Under the pieces are notes generated by a model. That model was not told the DNA's origin and searched no databases. It saw only the letters and a program-made list of their open reading frames with translations. A DNA stretch of 64,000 nt from Gemmatimonadota bacterium (GTDB lineage Bacteria > Gemmatimonadota > Gemmatimonadetes > Gemmatimonadales > GWC2-71-9), in the NCBI GenBank assembly GCA_039586365.1, contig JBDHKN010000005.1, positions 64,001 through 128,000 of the forward strand, written 5' to 3'. The position numbers and the translations under genes are program-made. Positions 39,062 to 48,600 of the stretch are shown here, piece by piece; position 1 is the first letter of the stretch, and every line of letters begins with the position of its first letter.

Positions 39062-42000
39062 CAGTAACGCTTCTCCCAATACAGATCCACGCCCAATTGG
39101 TATTTCTCCGTAAACTGCCTGGTGGAAAAAACCGAGCAACTTTGTACTGGATCACCGCTCAAGAGCAAGAGCCACGTGCTACTTAGCCGATATTCAAGAC
39201 TGGCACCCAGGTTACGCAAGGTCTCGACCCAGCTGTCCCTCGAACACACGCGAGGATTGACCGTCAAGAACCACTTCTCACCCAGTCGCTTGCCCACGGC
39301 CACGTCAACCCCGTAAAGCTGAGTTCCGACTCCAGTCGGCCTAATCTGCAGATAGTCGAGCGGCACCTTCAGGTCAGAGATGAGAGAGTACTCAAGCTGA
39401 CCGGACACTGCACCGAGAAACTGGTTCAACCCCTGCTCGACGAGACGTTGGTCGGCAAAGTTGCCGGTTCCGGCAAGCGCCTCGACGCTTGGAGCCCCAA
39501 AAAACAGGTATGATAGAACCTCCGTCTCAGAAATGGGCGGGAGGATATCACTGGTGAAGGTGAGGCGTGGTTCGTACACCGTGCCGCCGATGTGAACGAA
39601 CACAGTCACATCCTGACCTCGTACACTGCGCAGCCTGTGGCGAGCCTCGATATCCACCGCAGCGTTCAAATCAGTTGTCCCCAAATACGTTACCTCCCCA
39701 CGGGTGACTGTGAACTCGCGCGTCGCCACAAGTTGTACCAACGAGGGCCCTGGGCTGACACGATAGCTTCCCCGAGGGGTCTGTAGGGTACCGCTCAGGC
39801 GATACTGGCGAAGCCTCTTATTGACCGTGACGTCACCGAGCAGTTGGATGTTAGCTTCAGTGGAGCGCATCCAAACGTCGGATCCCATTCGCAACTGCAG
39901 GCTATCAACACTCAGGGATTCGAGAAAACGGTTCTGGAAGGCTACTCCAAGGCCTTCACGACGAATCAATCTGGTATCTACGAATTCCGTGTATAGCGTG
40001 TCCTCGATGTTAATGATGTCTTTGGAAATCAGATCGGCATAGTACAGCACCCCACGAGTAACGGTCCCAGCTCCAGTTGCCGTGGCGCTAAATATCGGCC
40101 CGCTGAGCCTCAATGTGCCCGATGCAGTCAGTGACAAGAAGTCACGCAGGTCGATGCCCCGAAAATCCGTTGCGTCAATTGAGAGACTGAGAATCGGTTG
40201 GGTGAGTTCCTCCAGACGCAAGTAACCTGTGACTTGGGCCCTGCCCCCACCACTCGTAAGCGAAAGTCCCTCGACGTGGATCGTGTCACCTGAGAGACGC
40301 AACTGGCCGTTGATGTCTTCGTGCGTTACCCCAAGGCCAGGGAACGTGGCCAGGCCGCTGTCGATGACGATTTGTCCGGTCAGTTCGGGATTCTCCCACG
40401 TACCGGCGACACCGAAATCTGCATCCAGCATACCGCCGGCGTCCCGAACCGTTGGGATCATTGCATCCAAGAACGAAAGGTCCACGCCGTCCGCGTGTGC
40501 TTGCACCTTTATCGGCTGTGGCAACCTGCGCTGTTCGACGCCCACCAACGAGAGATCGAGCGGGAGGTTCACGTCGATATTCATTATCTCCTGACCCGTC
40601 CGCAGCAGCTCAAACTTTCCCTCGACAGCCCGATTGCCGTAACTGAGCGTTCCCAAGAGCTGAGGAGCTTGAAACCGCTCGAACCTGGCATTGCGCAGCG
40701 ACACAGACAGCTCCATCGTAGGATCATCTCGTGTACCGTTGAAGCTGAAGGTACCCCCGATTTCACCGCCGACGTTGCGATACTGCCGCTGCAGCAATAT
40801 CCAGACATCCTCCACCGGAAGTGCCTGGACTGAAATCGTGAGGCTCCCCGCTCCCTGGAAGGGGAGCCTGCCGTTCACATTCACATTCCCAGCGCCGACA
40901 TCGCTCGTCACCGCTATCTGCCTCACATCAATGCCGCTGTCACTCAGTTGTACCAGTGTGGGGCTGTCCACAAACCACGCTCCACTGGCGAGCAGGAACC
41001 CCATCAATTCGATCGGCACTGAGCGCCCGCCGTCTTGCTCAATCAGTTTCCCCTCAGCAATCCAAGCTCCAAGGCCGTCAGGACCGAAACGGGTTCGTGC
41101 CAACCAGTCCAGCGAGTCGGTCGGACCCTCGACTCGCAGTTCCGAGTCAGCAAACTTCCAGTGGCCGATTTCCATCGAATCGATCGAACTACTGAGTTGG
41201 AGCTGCCGCGACGTGTTGCGCCAAGTGCCTTCGGCCATGATGCGGGTAACGTGTAGGTCCCCTCGATCGACGTCCCGCGCGTCTAGTAGACCCGAGACCA
41301 GGAAGTCGGACAGAGCCCCTTCTACGCTCATGGTCAGCCGAAGTGATCCCCAGGGTTGGCCAGCTTCTCGAAACACCGGGTCGAGTGAACCTAGGAGGGA
41401 CTGGAGCAGTGGCTCTATTGAAGCGATTGAGTCGTTCGCGGCGGCGAGGCGTATCTCGCCAGGCGATCCCCCTGACAGGCCGATCTCACCGGCTCCGGAC
41501 ATACGAAGCTGCCTACCCCACACCTCCAGTGTATCGAGCCCCAGGGTGCCGTCGGCGACTCTCAACGTCACTGATGCACTATCTAAACGCACACCCTCCA
41601 GGGAGGAAGCTCTGATCATTGCGCTGGCTTGCGCCCAGGAACCATTCAGAGAGTCGAAAGCGCCCGCTCCGCGGAGTCGGCCGAACAGCACTGTCTCTGG
41701 TAGCTGTGAGTTGAGCCGCTGTAGGTTGAAGCGGGACACCCTCAGATCTAGATCTGACGCTCCCTTGCGATTCGGTAATAGCGCCAGTGTGCCATCCACG
41801 AAGATAGCACCTGCCGGCCCCTCGAGATTCGCGTACAACGATGCAGCATTGACATATCCCTCAACCACTACGCGCCCCGCGAACGATCCGCCAAGTTCGG
41901 TCAACTCCGGGTAGCTCGAGTGCATCCCGACGATGCTAAGCGAGTCGAAATCCAGATCGGCCCAGACGCCGAGCGTATCACGGCGAGCGTCTACGCGGAC

Positions 42001-43449
42001 CGTGCCCCTAGCGTTAGTCTGCGGCTGGAGGGAGTCGGCATGGCCAAGATCCCCTTCGAACTGAACTTCTAGCCAAGGGCCATTGAGCATCCCCATCCCA
42101 CTCAGCGTCCCGACCAAATCGACAGCAGGCAGGATACGCCGCACCGTTCCCAGGTCGAGTTGCGCTTCACGCACCTCGTAGTCTCGAAATACTATGTCAC
42201 CAGGTACCCCAACGGCGACTATCCCGCGCCCAGCAACTCTGGTGACCGGCCAGCCCTCGACTAACGAATCACGGAACGTTACGTCCAGACCCAGATTCAT
42301 TTCATGACTGGGCCCATCTGACTCGAACCGTCCAGTCGCCCTACCGGCGATGGGAAGTGTATCGAAGAACCCTCGAATGTATTCAAGATCGAAATCTCGA
42401 AGGTCCAAACGCGTCTGCTGAAATGCCCACTCATCGCCTGGTCCCAACACCATGGCAAGTTCCCCATTGGCTGCACCACCGCCCCCGGTTCCTTCCACGC
42501 TGAAATCCACAGCGCGAAATGAAAGTACATCTTCGGAGAGCGACTGAATCTGCAGCACGCCATCTCCCGTGAGCCCGGCAGGAACGGCTCCCACCAACCC
42601 CCTGATATCATCCGTCGTCAGCTGGCGGGCGTGGATCCCTAGGCTCAGCATCAGAGTACCCGTCGCGAAGCCGAGCGACCCCTGTAACTCCGCCTGACTG
42701 GCTGGCAGCTCGACTTCATCCATTTCCAGCTGAACCGAGTCCCCCCGCACCTCAATGCGGCCACGGGCATTCATGACGGTGAGCGACGGATCGGAAACGA
42801 CTCCACGCAACGCAGCCGCATCGATACGGATTCCGTCCTCATTGGGCAGTGGGGATGAAACCCGCACGTAGGGCAGCGTCCCGTTGAGGTCGGTGATGCG
42901 CCGGATCCGCATCCACCCGTCAGGAGTCTCCTCAACCTCAATCAGGGAATCCCTCCGGTCTGTAGGGGCCCGTACGATCAAAGTGCCGTCCGTGATCTCG
43001 ACGTCATTGAATGCAATCAGTGGTCTTCGACCGTCACCTCCTCCAGGACCGCCGAGGCCCAGAACCTCTTCGAGGTTGAGGCGACGGCCGGGTCGCTTGA
43101 TCAGGTTGACCTGCGGTGATGTCAGTCTGAGCCTACCGAGTACGATCCGCCCACCGAGTATGTCACGCAGCCCGTATCCCAGCTGGAGTTCTGGGATCTC
43201 GGCCAAAACGGTACCGTCAGGCTCGCGAATGACCAGGCCTCGAGCGACCAATCCGCCCAAGAAGGAACCAGAGATCTCACGCGCTTCCATCGAGCCATGG
43301 AGAGCATTGTTCGCTCCCTCCAGCACCGCACTCACCAATGCGTTCCGGCCCGCGCTCGTGCGAAGACCGGCCGCGGTCATTCCCATGGTGGTACCCAGTA
43401 ACCAGCTCCCAGTGAGTGCCAGGAGCCCAGCAACTCGCTTCGCGTTCAA
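39061..43449 (-). CDS. tamB: TamB/AsmA-like translocation and assembly protein (1462 aa)
   Basis: N-terminal TM anchor, long beta-rich body, and DUF490-like C-terminus (GT...P.L.F.S, LSYL.FG). Directly downstream of an Omp85 gene. Confidence 0.85.
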   Translation of the reverse strand: MNAKRVAGLLALTGSWLLGTTMGMTAAGLRTSAGRNALVSAVLEGANNALHGSMEAREISGSFLGGLVARGLVIREPDGTVLAEIPELQLGYGLRDILGGRIVLGRLRLTSPQVNLIKRPGRRLNLEEVLGLGGPGGGDGRRPLIAFNDVEITDGTLIVRAPTDRRDSLIEVEETPDGWMRIRRITDLNGTLPYVRVSSPLPNEDGIRIDAAALRGVVSDPSLTVMNARGRIEVRGDSVQLEMDEVELPASQAELQGSLGFATGTLMLSLGIHARQLTTDDIRGLVGAVPAGLTGDGVLQIQSLSEDVLSFRAVDFSVEGTGGGGAANGELAMVLGPGDEWAFQQTRLDLRDFDLEYIRGFFDTLPIAGRATGRFESDGPSHEMNLGLDVTFRDSLVEGWPVTRVAGRGIVAVGVPGDIVFRDYEVREAQLDLGTVRRILPAVDLVGTLSGMGMLNGPWLEVQFEGDLGHADSLQPQTNARGTVRVDARRDTLGVWADLDFDSLSIVGMHSSYPELTELGGSFAGRVVVEGYVNAASLYANLEGPAGAIFVDGTLALLPNRKGASDLDLRVSRFNLQRLNSQLPETVLFGRLRGAGAFDSLNGSWAQASAMIRASSLEGVRLDSASVTLRVADGTLGLDTLEVWGRQLRMSGAGEIGLSGGSPGEIRLAAANDSIASIEPLLQSLLGSLDPVFREAGQPWGSLRLTMSVEGALSDFLVSGLLDARDVDRGDLHVTRIMAEGTWRNTSRQLQLSSSIDSMEIGHWKFADSELRVEGPTDSLDWLARTRFGPDGLGAWIAEGKLIEQDGGRSVPIELMGFLLASGAWFVDSPTLVQLSDSGIDVRQIAVTSDVGAGNVNVNGRLPFQGAGSLTISVQALPVEDVWILLQRQYRNVGGEIGGTFSFNGTRDDPTMELSVSLRNARFERFQAPQLLGTLSYGNRAVEGKFELLRTGQEIMNIDVNLPLDLSLVGVEQRRLPQPIKVQAHADGVDLSFLDAMIPTVRDAGGMLDADFGVAGTWENPELTGQIVIDSGLATFPGLGVTHEDINGQLRLSGDTIHVEGLSLTSGGGRAQVTGYLRLEELTQPILSLSIDATDFRGIDLRDFLSLTASGTLRLSGPIFSATATGAGTVTRGVLYYADLISKDIINIEDTLYTEFVDTRLIRREGLGVAFQNRFLESLSVDSLQLRMGSDVWMRSTEANIQLLGDVTVNKRLRQYRLSGTLQTPRGSYRVSPGPSLVQLVATREFTVTRGEVTYLGTTDLNAAVDIEARHRLRSVRGQDVTVFVHIGGTVYEPRLTFTSDILPPISETEVLSYLFFGAPSVEALAGTGNFADQRLVEQGLNQFLGAVSGQLEYSLISDLKVPLDYLQIRPTGVGTQLYGVDVAVGKRLGEKWFLTVNPRVCSRDSWVETLRNLGASLEYRLSSTWLLLLSGDPVQSCSVFSTRQFTEKYQLGVDLYWEKRY

Positions 43450-45545
43450 AAGGCCTGCCCAACAGAAAAGTGCAGACGGAGTCGGCTGATGAAGCTATCC
43501 ACGCTCGGTGTGTAGAGGTTGTCGGTGTCCGTCACCAGTTCTCCGGTTGAAGTGTCCTCAACGTACAAATGACTGGCTTGAGGGGCATAGGGATTGAACC
43601 CCACATCCAATCTCATAGGTCCCAAAGCGGTCGCCACACGAAATCCCACACCAGGCGTCACACGCAGCTCATACAATGGGTCCTCGCTAGTCTCACTCTC
43701 AATCACCTGCCCCGCATCCACGAACAGCGCACCAAACACGCGCGGACTGAAGAAAGACAGAGGAAATCGCAGCTCGGCAGTGGCAAGCAGCAATCGATCG
43801 CCTCCCGTCGCCGACCGACGGATTATGCTGTCTGCCTTCCCCGTCGCAGTGTCGACGGTGACCCTATCAAGTACACGTACCAGGGGACCCAACTCGTTCT
43901 GCGCATAACCGCGCACGCTGTTGGGTCCTCCCCCGTATAGTCGGTCCTCCGGTGGAACGTACCCACTCTTGCCTGCTGCTTTGACCGCTCCGAATCGGAC
44001 TCTCCATGCAAACACGCTGCGGCGGCTCACTCGATGGAAGGACGCCAGTTCTGCAATTCCTCTGGTGAACTGTATCAGCGAATCGGAGCCAATCATGTCA
44101 GAGGCGTGGCGAAACTCACCCGAAAGTCTGGTACCCCGCGTTGCTGATACCGGCGAGTCCGTTCGGTCCCAGACATATCCCAGACCGATCGTCGCACGGG
44201 AGCGGCGCTCAGTGAACACTCTAGTGTCCTCGACCAAGCACACGTCGAGAAACGCGCAGAATGTTGCGGGATCGGCATCCGTTCTGGCCCTTGAGAAGGA
44301 ATATGAGGCAGTGATAGGGATCTCCACCGGCGTGCGCCATGTCAGCGAGAACTCAGCGCCGTACTGTTCCTGGAGGTAGGCCTGGAATTCACTGTAACGC
44401 TCCGCCGCGACCGTTATACCCGCACTGGTCCTACGGGAGAAGAAAAATGGCTCCCGCAGACTCGCACCCAGATTGTAGTTGAGCTTTAAGCGCGTGGAGT
44501 CCTCGGAAGCGAGTGCCCAACATACTCCATTTTCCAATCCAAAATCGATGGGATCTCCGACCCCCACCTTGGAGAATTGTACCGATAGATCGAGAGTGCG
44601 GCCGCCGCCCAAGAAATCATAGATGGTCCATGCGCCGAGTCCTCGAAAACAATCATACGTCCCATAGCCAGCCCCCAGCCGTATGCGGCGAAGCGCAGCC
44701 TCCGCAACGCGAACCCGTACTGCAATCGTGGAGTCCTCCGGATCGCGTGACAGGGTGTCCACTAGCTCCATGCCCACATAGTTGAAGAGGTTCAGCCGGT
44801 ACAGATCCAGTTGGCTCTTTCGTAGCTTCTCTGAGCTAAACAACTCGCCCTGCTTGAACGATAAGGCCCGTTGAATTACATCCTGCCCGACCTCGGCAGT
44901 CCCTGAGATCTCAATAGCCTCGATTGTAGCGGGTCTGCCGGACACCACGTGAAACGACACATCTGCCCTATGGTTTGCGAGATCTACATCGAAGTTCTGA
45001 AACACCTCGGGCAAGGGATAGCCGTGGTTCCCCAAAATCATGCGGAGACTGTCCACCGATGTCTGAAGCAGAATGAGGTTGAACGGATCGCCAACCTGCA
45101 GCGGGAGATCTCGCACCACCGCGTTCGCATCCACGATTCCATCAATGCCGGTGACACGCAATGAGACAACCCGAACTGGTTCCCCCTCATCGATTATGAA
45201 GCGCGCGTACACATTCCCGTTGGTGCGACGAACGAGGGTGTCCACCGTCGCTTCGCGATAACCACTGCGATCGTAGAGCAAGCGAATACGCCAAGTGTCT
45301 ACCCGAAAATCCGTCTCGTTGAAGTACCGCTTTTCACCCAGACCGATCCAGCGAACGAGAGGCCAGCGGGCAAAGGCCGAGGACTGGGTGGTTGCTATGG
45401 ATGCCCGCAGGGTCAGGTCGTCGACGGCGTGATTGCCGCTGAAAGACAGACCGCGCACAACCAAGTCTCGAGCAGTTCCAGTCTGCCCGAAGACATCTCC
45501 TGGGACTACCACCATTAGGAGTACAAGTGACAAGCTCCTCATCAC
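43446..45545 (-). CDS. tamA: Omp85 family TamA/BamA-like outer-membrane protein
   Basis: Signal peptide, POTRA repeats, GGPNSVRGY, GPMRLD and C-terminal GQAF. Confidence 0.88.
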   Translation of the reverse strand: MMRSLSLVLLMVVVPGDVFGQTGTARDLVVRGLSFSGNHAVDDLTLRASIATTQSSAFARWPLVRWIGLGEKRYFNETDFRVDTWRIRLLYDRSGYREATVDTLVRRTNGNVYARFIIDEGEPVRVVSLRVTGIDGIVDANAVVRDLPLQVGDPFNLILLQTSVDSLRMILGNHGYPLPEVFQNFDVDLANHRADVSFHVVSGRPATIEAIEISGTAEVGQDVIQRALSFKQGELFSSEKLRKSQLDLYRLNLFNYVGMELVDTLSRDPEDSTIAVRVRVAEAALRRIRLGAGYGTYDCFRGLGAWTIYDFLGGGRTLDLSVQFSKVGVGDPIDFGLENGVCWALASEDSTRLKLNYNLGASLREPFFFSRRTSAGITVAAERYSEFQAYLQEQYGAEFSLTWRTPVEIPITASYSFSRARTDADPATFCAFLDVCLVEDTRVFTERRSRATIGLGYVWDRTDSPVSATRGTRLSGEFRHASDMIGSDSLIQFTRGIAELASFHRVSRRSVFAWRVRFGAVKAAGKSGYVPPEDRLYGGGPNSVRGYAQNELGPLVRVLDRVTVDTATGKADSIIRRSATGGDRLLLATAELRFPLSFFSPRVFGALFVDAGQVIESETSEDPLYELRVTPGVGFRVATALGPMRLDVGFNPYAPQASHLYVEDTSTGELVTDTDNLYTPSVDSFISRLRLHFSVGQAF

Positions 45546-45556
45546 GGCGCGCAGGA

Positions 45557-46960
45557 CTATCCCCGTCCCAAGGACTTCAGCATTTCATGGATCTTCGTGA
45601 ACTTGACCCGAGGCCGGCCAACGTCCTCTCCTCGCTGAACTTCCAGTTCATCGAGCCGCTGCCAATCCTCGTATGACACCCAGTCCGGCTGTCGCTCCCC
45701 GACCAAAGTCTCTACAGTAGTCGCTGCCGGGAACTCAGGATCGAGCACCTCACCTGCCGCGAGATCCTCGAGCATCGCCGCAACAGTTTCCGCCGCATCC
45801 GGCTTGTTGGTCCCGATCACGCCGTAGGGACCCCGCTTTATCCACCCGGATACGTATATACCCACTACTGCCACGTCGGTGTCGTGCTCAATGACACGCC
45901 CCTCCCGGCTTGGAACGACGCCCCGTCTATCGTCAAATGGCAGGCCGGGAATCGCTTCCCCCCGATATCCTACCGAGCGGAACACCAAGCCCACCGGCAT
46001 CTCCTCTGCCTGATCTGTCGGCTTGGGCCTCAGGGTACCGTCTTCACTCCGGTACAGTGAGTTCCTCACCACCCTCATTCCCGCTACACCACCAGCTGCA
46101 TCCCCGATCAACTCCATTGGAGACACCAGAAAACGGAGTGTCAACCGGCGGGGCTTGCCGGTACCAGCGTACCCGGCGTACCGACGGAGAATCTCAACCT
46201 TCCTCTTCAGCGCTGCGTCATCGCTAGCATCGACCTCAGACTGGCTCAGGGGATCCAATTCCATGTCCTCAGGAGGTACCATCACATCCGCTCTGGCTAG
46301 CTCACCCAGTTCCTTTGCCTCGGCGTTGGTGAACGCCGCCTGAGCAGGGCCCCGTCGACCTAGTATGATGACCTCCTTGACGCGGCTCTGTCGCAGTGCG
46401 TCGAGAGCGTAGTCGGCAACGTCGGTGTTCATCAACTCGTCGTGCGTACGACATAGAATGCGAGCAACATCAATCGCAACGTTACCAACACCCACCACCG
46501 CAACCCTCTCCGCGGAGAGGTCGAACTCCAGGTCACGATAGTCCGGATGGCCATTGTACCACGCCACGAACTCAGTAGCTGGATGGCTCCGATCGAGGTC
46601 TTCCCCCGGAATGTTCATGCGGCGGTCGCTCAGCGCGCCGGTCGCAAAGCAGATCTGGTGGTAGTGCTGCCTGAGGTCCGTCAGACTGATGTGCCGCCCG
46701 ATCTCGACGTTGCCAAGAAACCTGAAGCCACCCTTGCCTGCAACCCTCTCGAAAGTCCGGCAGACGTTCTTGATCTTCTGATGATCTGGAGCCACGCCGA
46801 ATCTCACGAGGCCGAACGGAGTGGGAAGTCGCTCGTACATGTCGATCTCCGCAACCAGGCCGTCTCGCTTCAGCAGATGCTCGGCCACATAGAAGCCAGC
46901 GGGGCCAGAGCCCACGATCGCAACTCGCAAGGGCATACCAGCCGTACCCGGTCGTTTCAC
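45557..46960 (-). CDS. Ferredoxin--NADP+ reductase (FprA/adrenodoxin-reductase type)
   Basis: GSGPAGFY, GLVRFGVAPDH, WYNGHP, GVGNVA.D and GWIKRGP. Confidence 0.92.
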   Translation of the reverse strand: MKRPGTAGMPLRVAIVGSGPAGFYVAEHLLKRDGLVAEIDMYERLPTPFGLVRFGVAPDHQKIKNVCRTFERVAGKGGFRFLGNVEIGRHISLTDLRQHYHQICFATGALSDRRMNIPGEDLDRSHPATEFVAWYNGHPDYRDLEFDLSAERVAVVGVGNVAIDVARILCRTHDELMNTDVADYALDALRQSRVKEVIILGRRGPAQAAFTNAEAKELGELARADVMVPPEDMELDPLSQSEVDASDDAALKRKVEILRRYAGYAGTGKPRRLTLRFLVSPMELIGDAAGGVAGMRVVRNSLYRSEDGTLRPKPTDQAEEMPVGLVFRSVGYRGEAIPGLPFDDRRGVVPSREGRVIEHDTDVAVVGIYVSGWIKRGPYGVIGTNKPDAAETVAAMLEDLAAGEVLDPEFPAATTVETLVGERQPDWVSYEDWQRLDELEVQRGEDVGRPRVKFTKIHEMLKSLGRG

Positions 46961-47165
46961 GCTATCGCCTCCTCATTGTTCTCGATGCATGATGTCAAAT
47001 CGGCGGTGCGCTGAAAGGTAGGGCGGCGGTGGAAGGGTAGTAAGGCCACGAGCGGCGTTCAATGGGACGGAAGGAGCCCCGGTGGCCGACGGGCAACAGA
47101 TGAGTGAAGGCACTACCAGCGATACCTTCCGCCCGACCCGACTTCCACCTAGCTTGGAGTCCATA

Positions 47166-47711
47166 GTGAAGATCTATACCAGGACTGGTGACGGCGGCGA
47201 GACATCGCTTCTGGGCGGGAAGAGGGTCCCCAAGAACAACCCGCAAGTCGCGGCCTACGGAGACGTTGACGAGCTGAATGCTGCAATTGGAGTTGCGGCG
47301 GCACAGCAACCACGGGAGTTCGAGAGCACGTTGCTGACCGAAATCCAACGCGACCTGCTCGCCATTGGATCGACACTCGGCACCCCGGCACCGGAGAGAG
47401 TCAAGCAGCGGTGTGGGAAGGCATCCCTGGGCCAGCATCGCGTGGATGAACTTGAGTCGGCCATCGACCAAGTAGCCTCGCAACTTCCCCAGCTTCGGGT
47501 TTTCGTGCTCCCAGGTGGCACCACCAAGAGCGCGCTGCTCCACAAGGCTCGCACCGTGTGCCGGCGGGCTGAGCGGAGCGTGGTCGCTCTCCGTGAGCAC
47601 CAGGATGTACCTCACATCGTTCTAGTTTATCTCAATCGACTTTCCGACCTGCTCTTCGTGCTGGCGAGGCTTGCCAACCACCGCGCCGACGTCACCGAGA
47701 TAGAATGGTGA
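47166..47711 (+). CDS. PduO-type cob(I)alamin adenosyltransferase
   Basis: KIYTRTGD.G.T, YGDVDELN, RTVCRRAER and YLNRLSD. Confidence 0.93.
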   Translation: MKIYTRTGDGGETSLLGGKRVPKNNPQVAAYGDVDELNAAIGVAAAQQPREFESTLLTEIQRDLLAIGSTLGTPAPERVKQRCGKASLGQHRVDELESAIDQVASQLPQLRVFVLPGGTTKSALLHKARTVCRRAERSVVALREHQDVPHIVLVYLNRLSDLLFVLARLANHRADVTEIEW

Positions 47712-47712
47712 C

Positions 47713-48600
47713 ATGAACAACTACAAGTTCTACCAAGCTGACGTGTTCACAAACCAGCCACTCACCGGCAATCCGTTGGCTGTGTTTCCAGACGCCCTGG
47801 GGCTCAGGGAGATGAACCTGTCTGAGACTACGTTTGTGTTCCCGTCTGACCAAGCCACCAAACAGGTGCGGTTCTTCACGCCGACTGCAGAGATCCCCTT
47901 GGCCGGTCACCCAACCATCGGAACCTGGTGGATACTCGCCGAGCTGGGAAATGTGGCACTGCCCAAGCAGGGAACAAAGAGAGTCACCCAAGGAACCGGT
48001 GTTGGCGTCTTGCCGGTCGACATTCACGTCCAGGACGGTGCGCCTTCGCGGGTCGTCATGGTACAGGCGCTTCCCAAGTTCGGGCCCATCTTCCCTGACA
48101 CGGCTCAGTTGGGCGAGGCTCTCGGTGGAACCAGGACGACCGTACTTGGGGATCCTGCTCCGCAGGTCGTGTCGACCGCGCTGCCGCAGCTCATGGTCCC
48201 AATCCGGTCGCTCGCCGAGCTGCAGGAGCTGCCCAGTGGTGGTGGTGGCCGGCTCTCAAACCTGCTGCGCCAAGTCGGAACTGACTGCGCCATGTGCTAC
48301 ACCTTGGAGACCACTGACCCATCCAGCACCGTTCACTGCCGCATGTTCGCCCCCGGGCTTGGCGTCCCCGAGGACCCCGCCACCGGAAGCGCCGCAGGAG
48401 CACTGGGGTCCTATCTGGTCCAGCATGGTGTGGTTCAATCCCGCAGCGGGGTTGCTGCAGTCGTCGTCGAACAGGGTATCGAGATCGGACGACCTAGCAG
48501 GATAGACGTGGAGATCTCGATTGGGGAGCTGGCCGAGATCCATGAAGTGCGGGTTGGCGGACAGGCCGTGACCGTCATCCGGGGCGAGGTGCAGATATAG
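47713..48600 (+). CDS. PhzF-family isomerase/epimerase
   Basis: DVFT, GNPLAV, NLSET, EIPLAGHPT and EDPATGSA. Confidence 0.9.
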   Translation: MNNYKFYQADVFTNQPLTGNPLAVFPDALGLREMNLSETTFVFPSDQATKQVRFFTPTAEIPLAGHPTIGTWWILAELGNVALPKQGTKRVTQGTGVGVLPVDIHVQDGAPSRVVMVQALPKFGPIFPDTAQLGEALGGTRTTVLGDPAPQVVSTALPQLMVPIRSLAELQELPSGGGGRLSNLLRQVGTDCAMCYTLETTDPSSTVHCRMFAPGLGVPEDPATGSAAGALGSYLVQHGVVQSRSGVAAVVVEQGIEIGRPSRIDVEISIGELAEIHEVRVGGQAVTVIRGEVQI

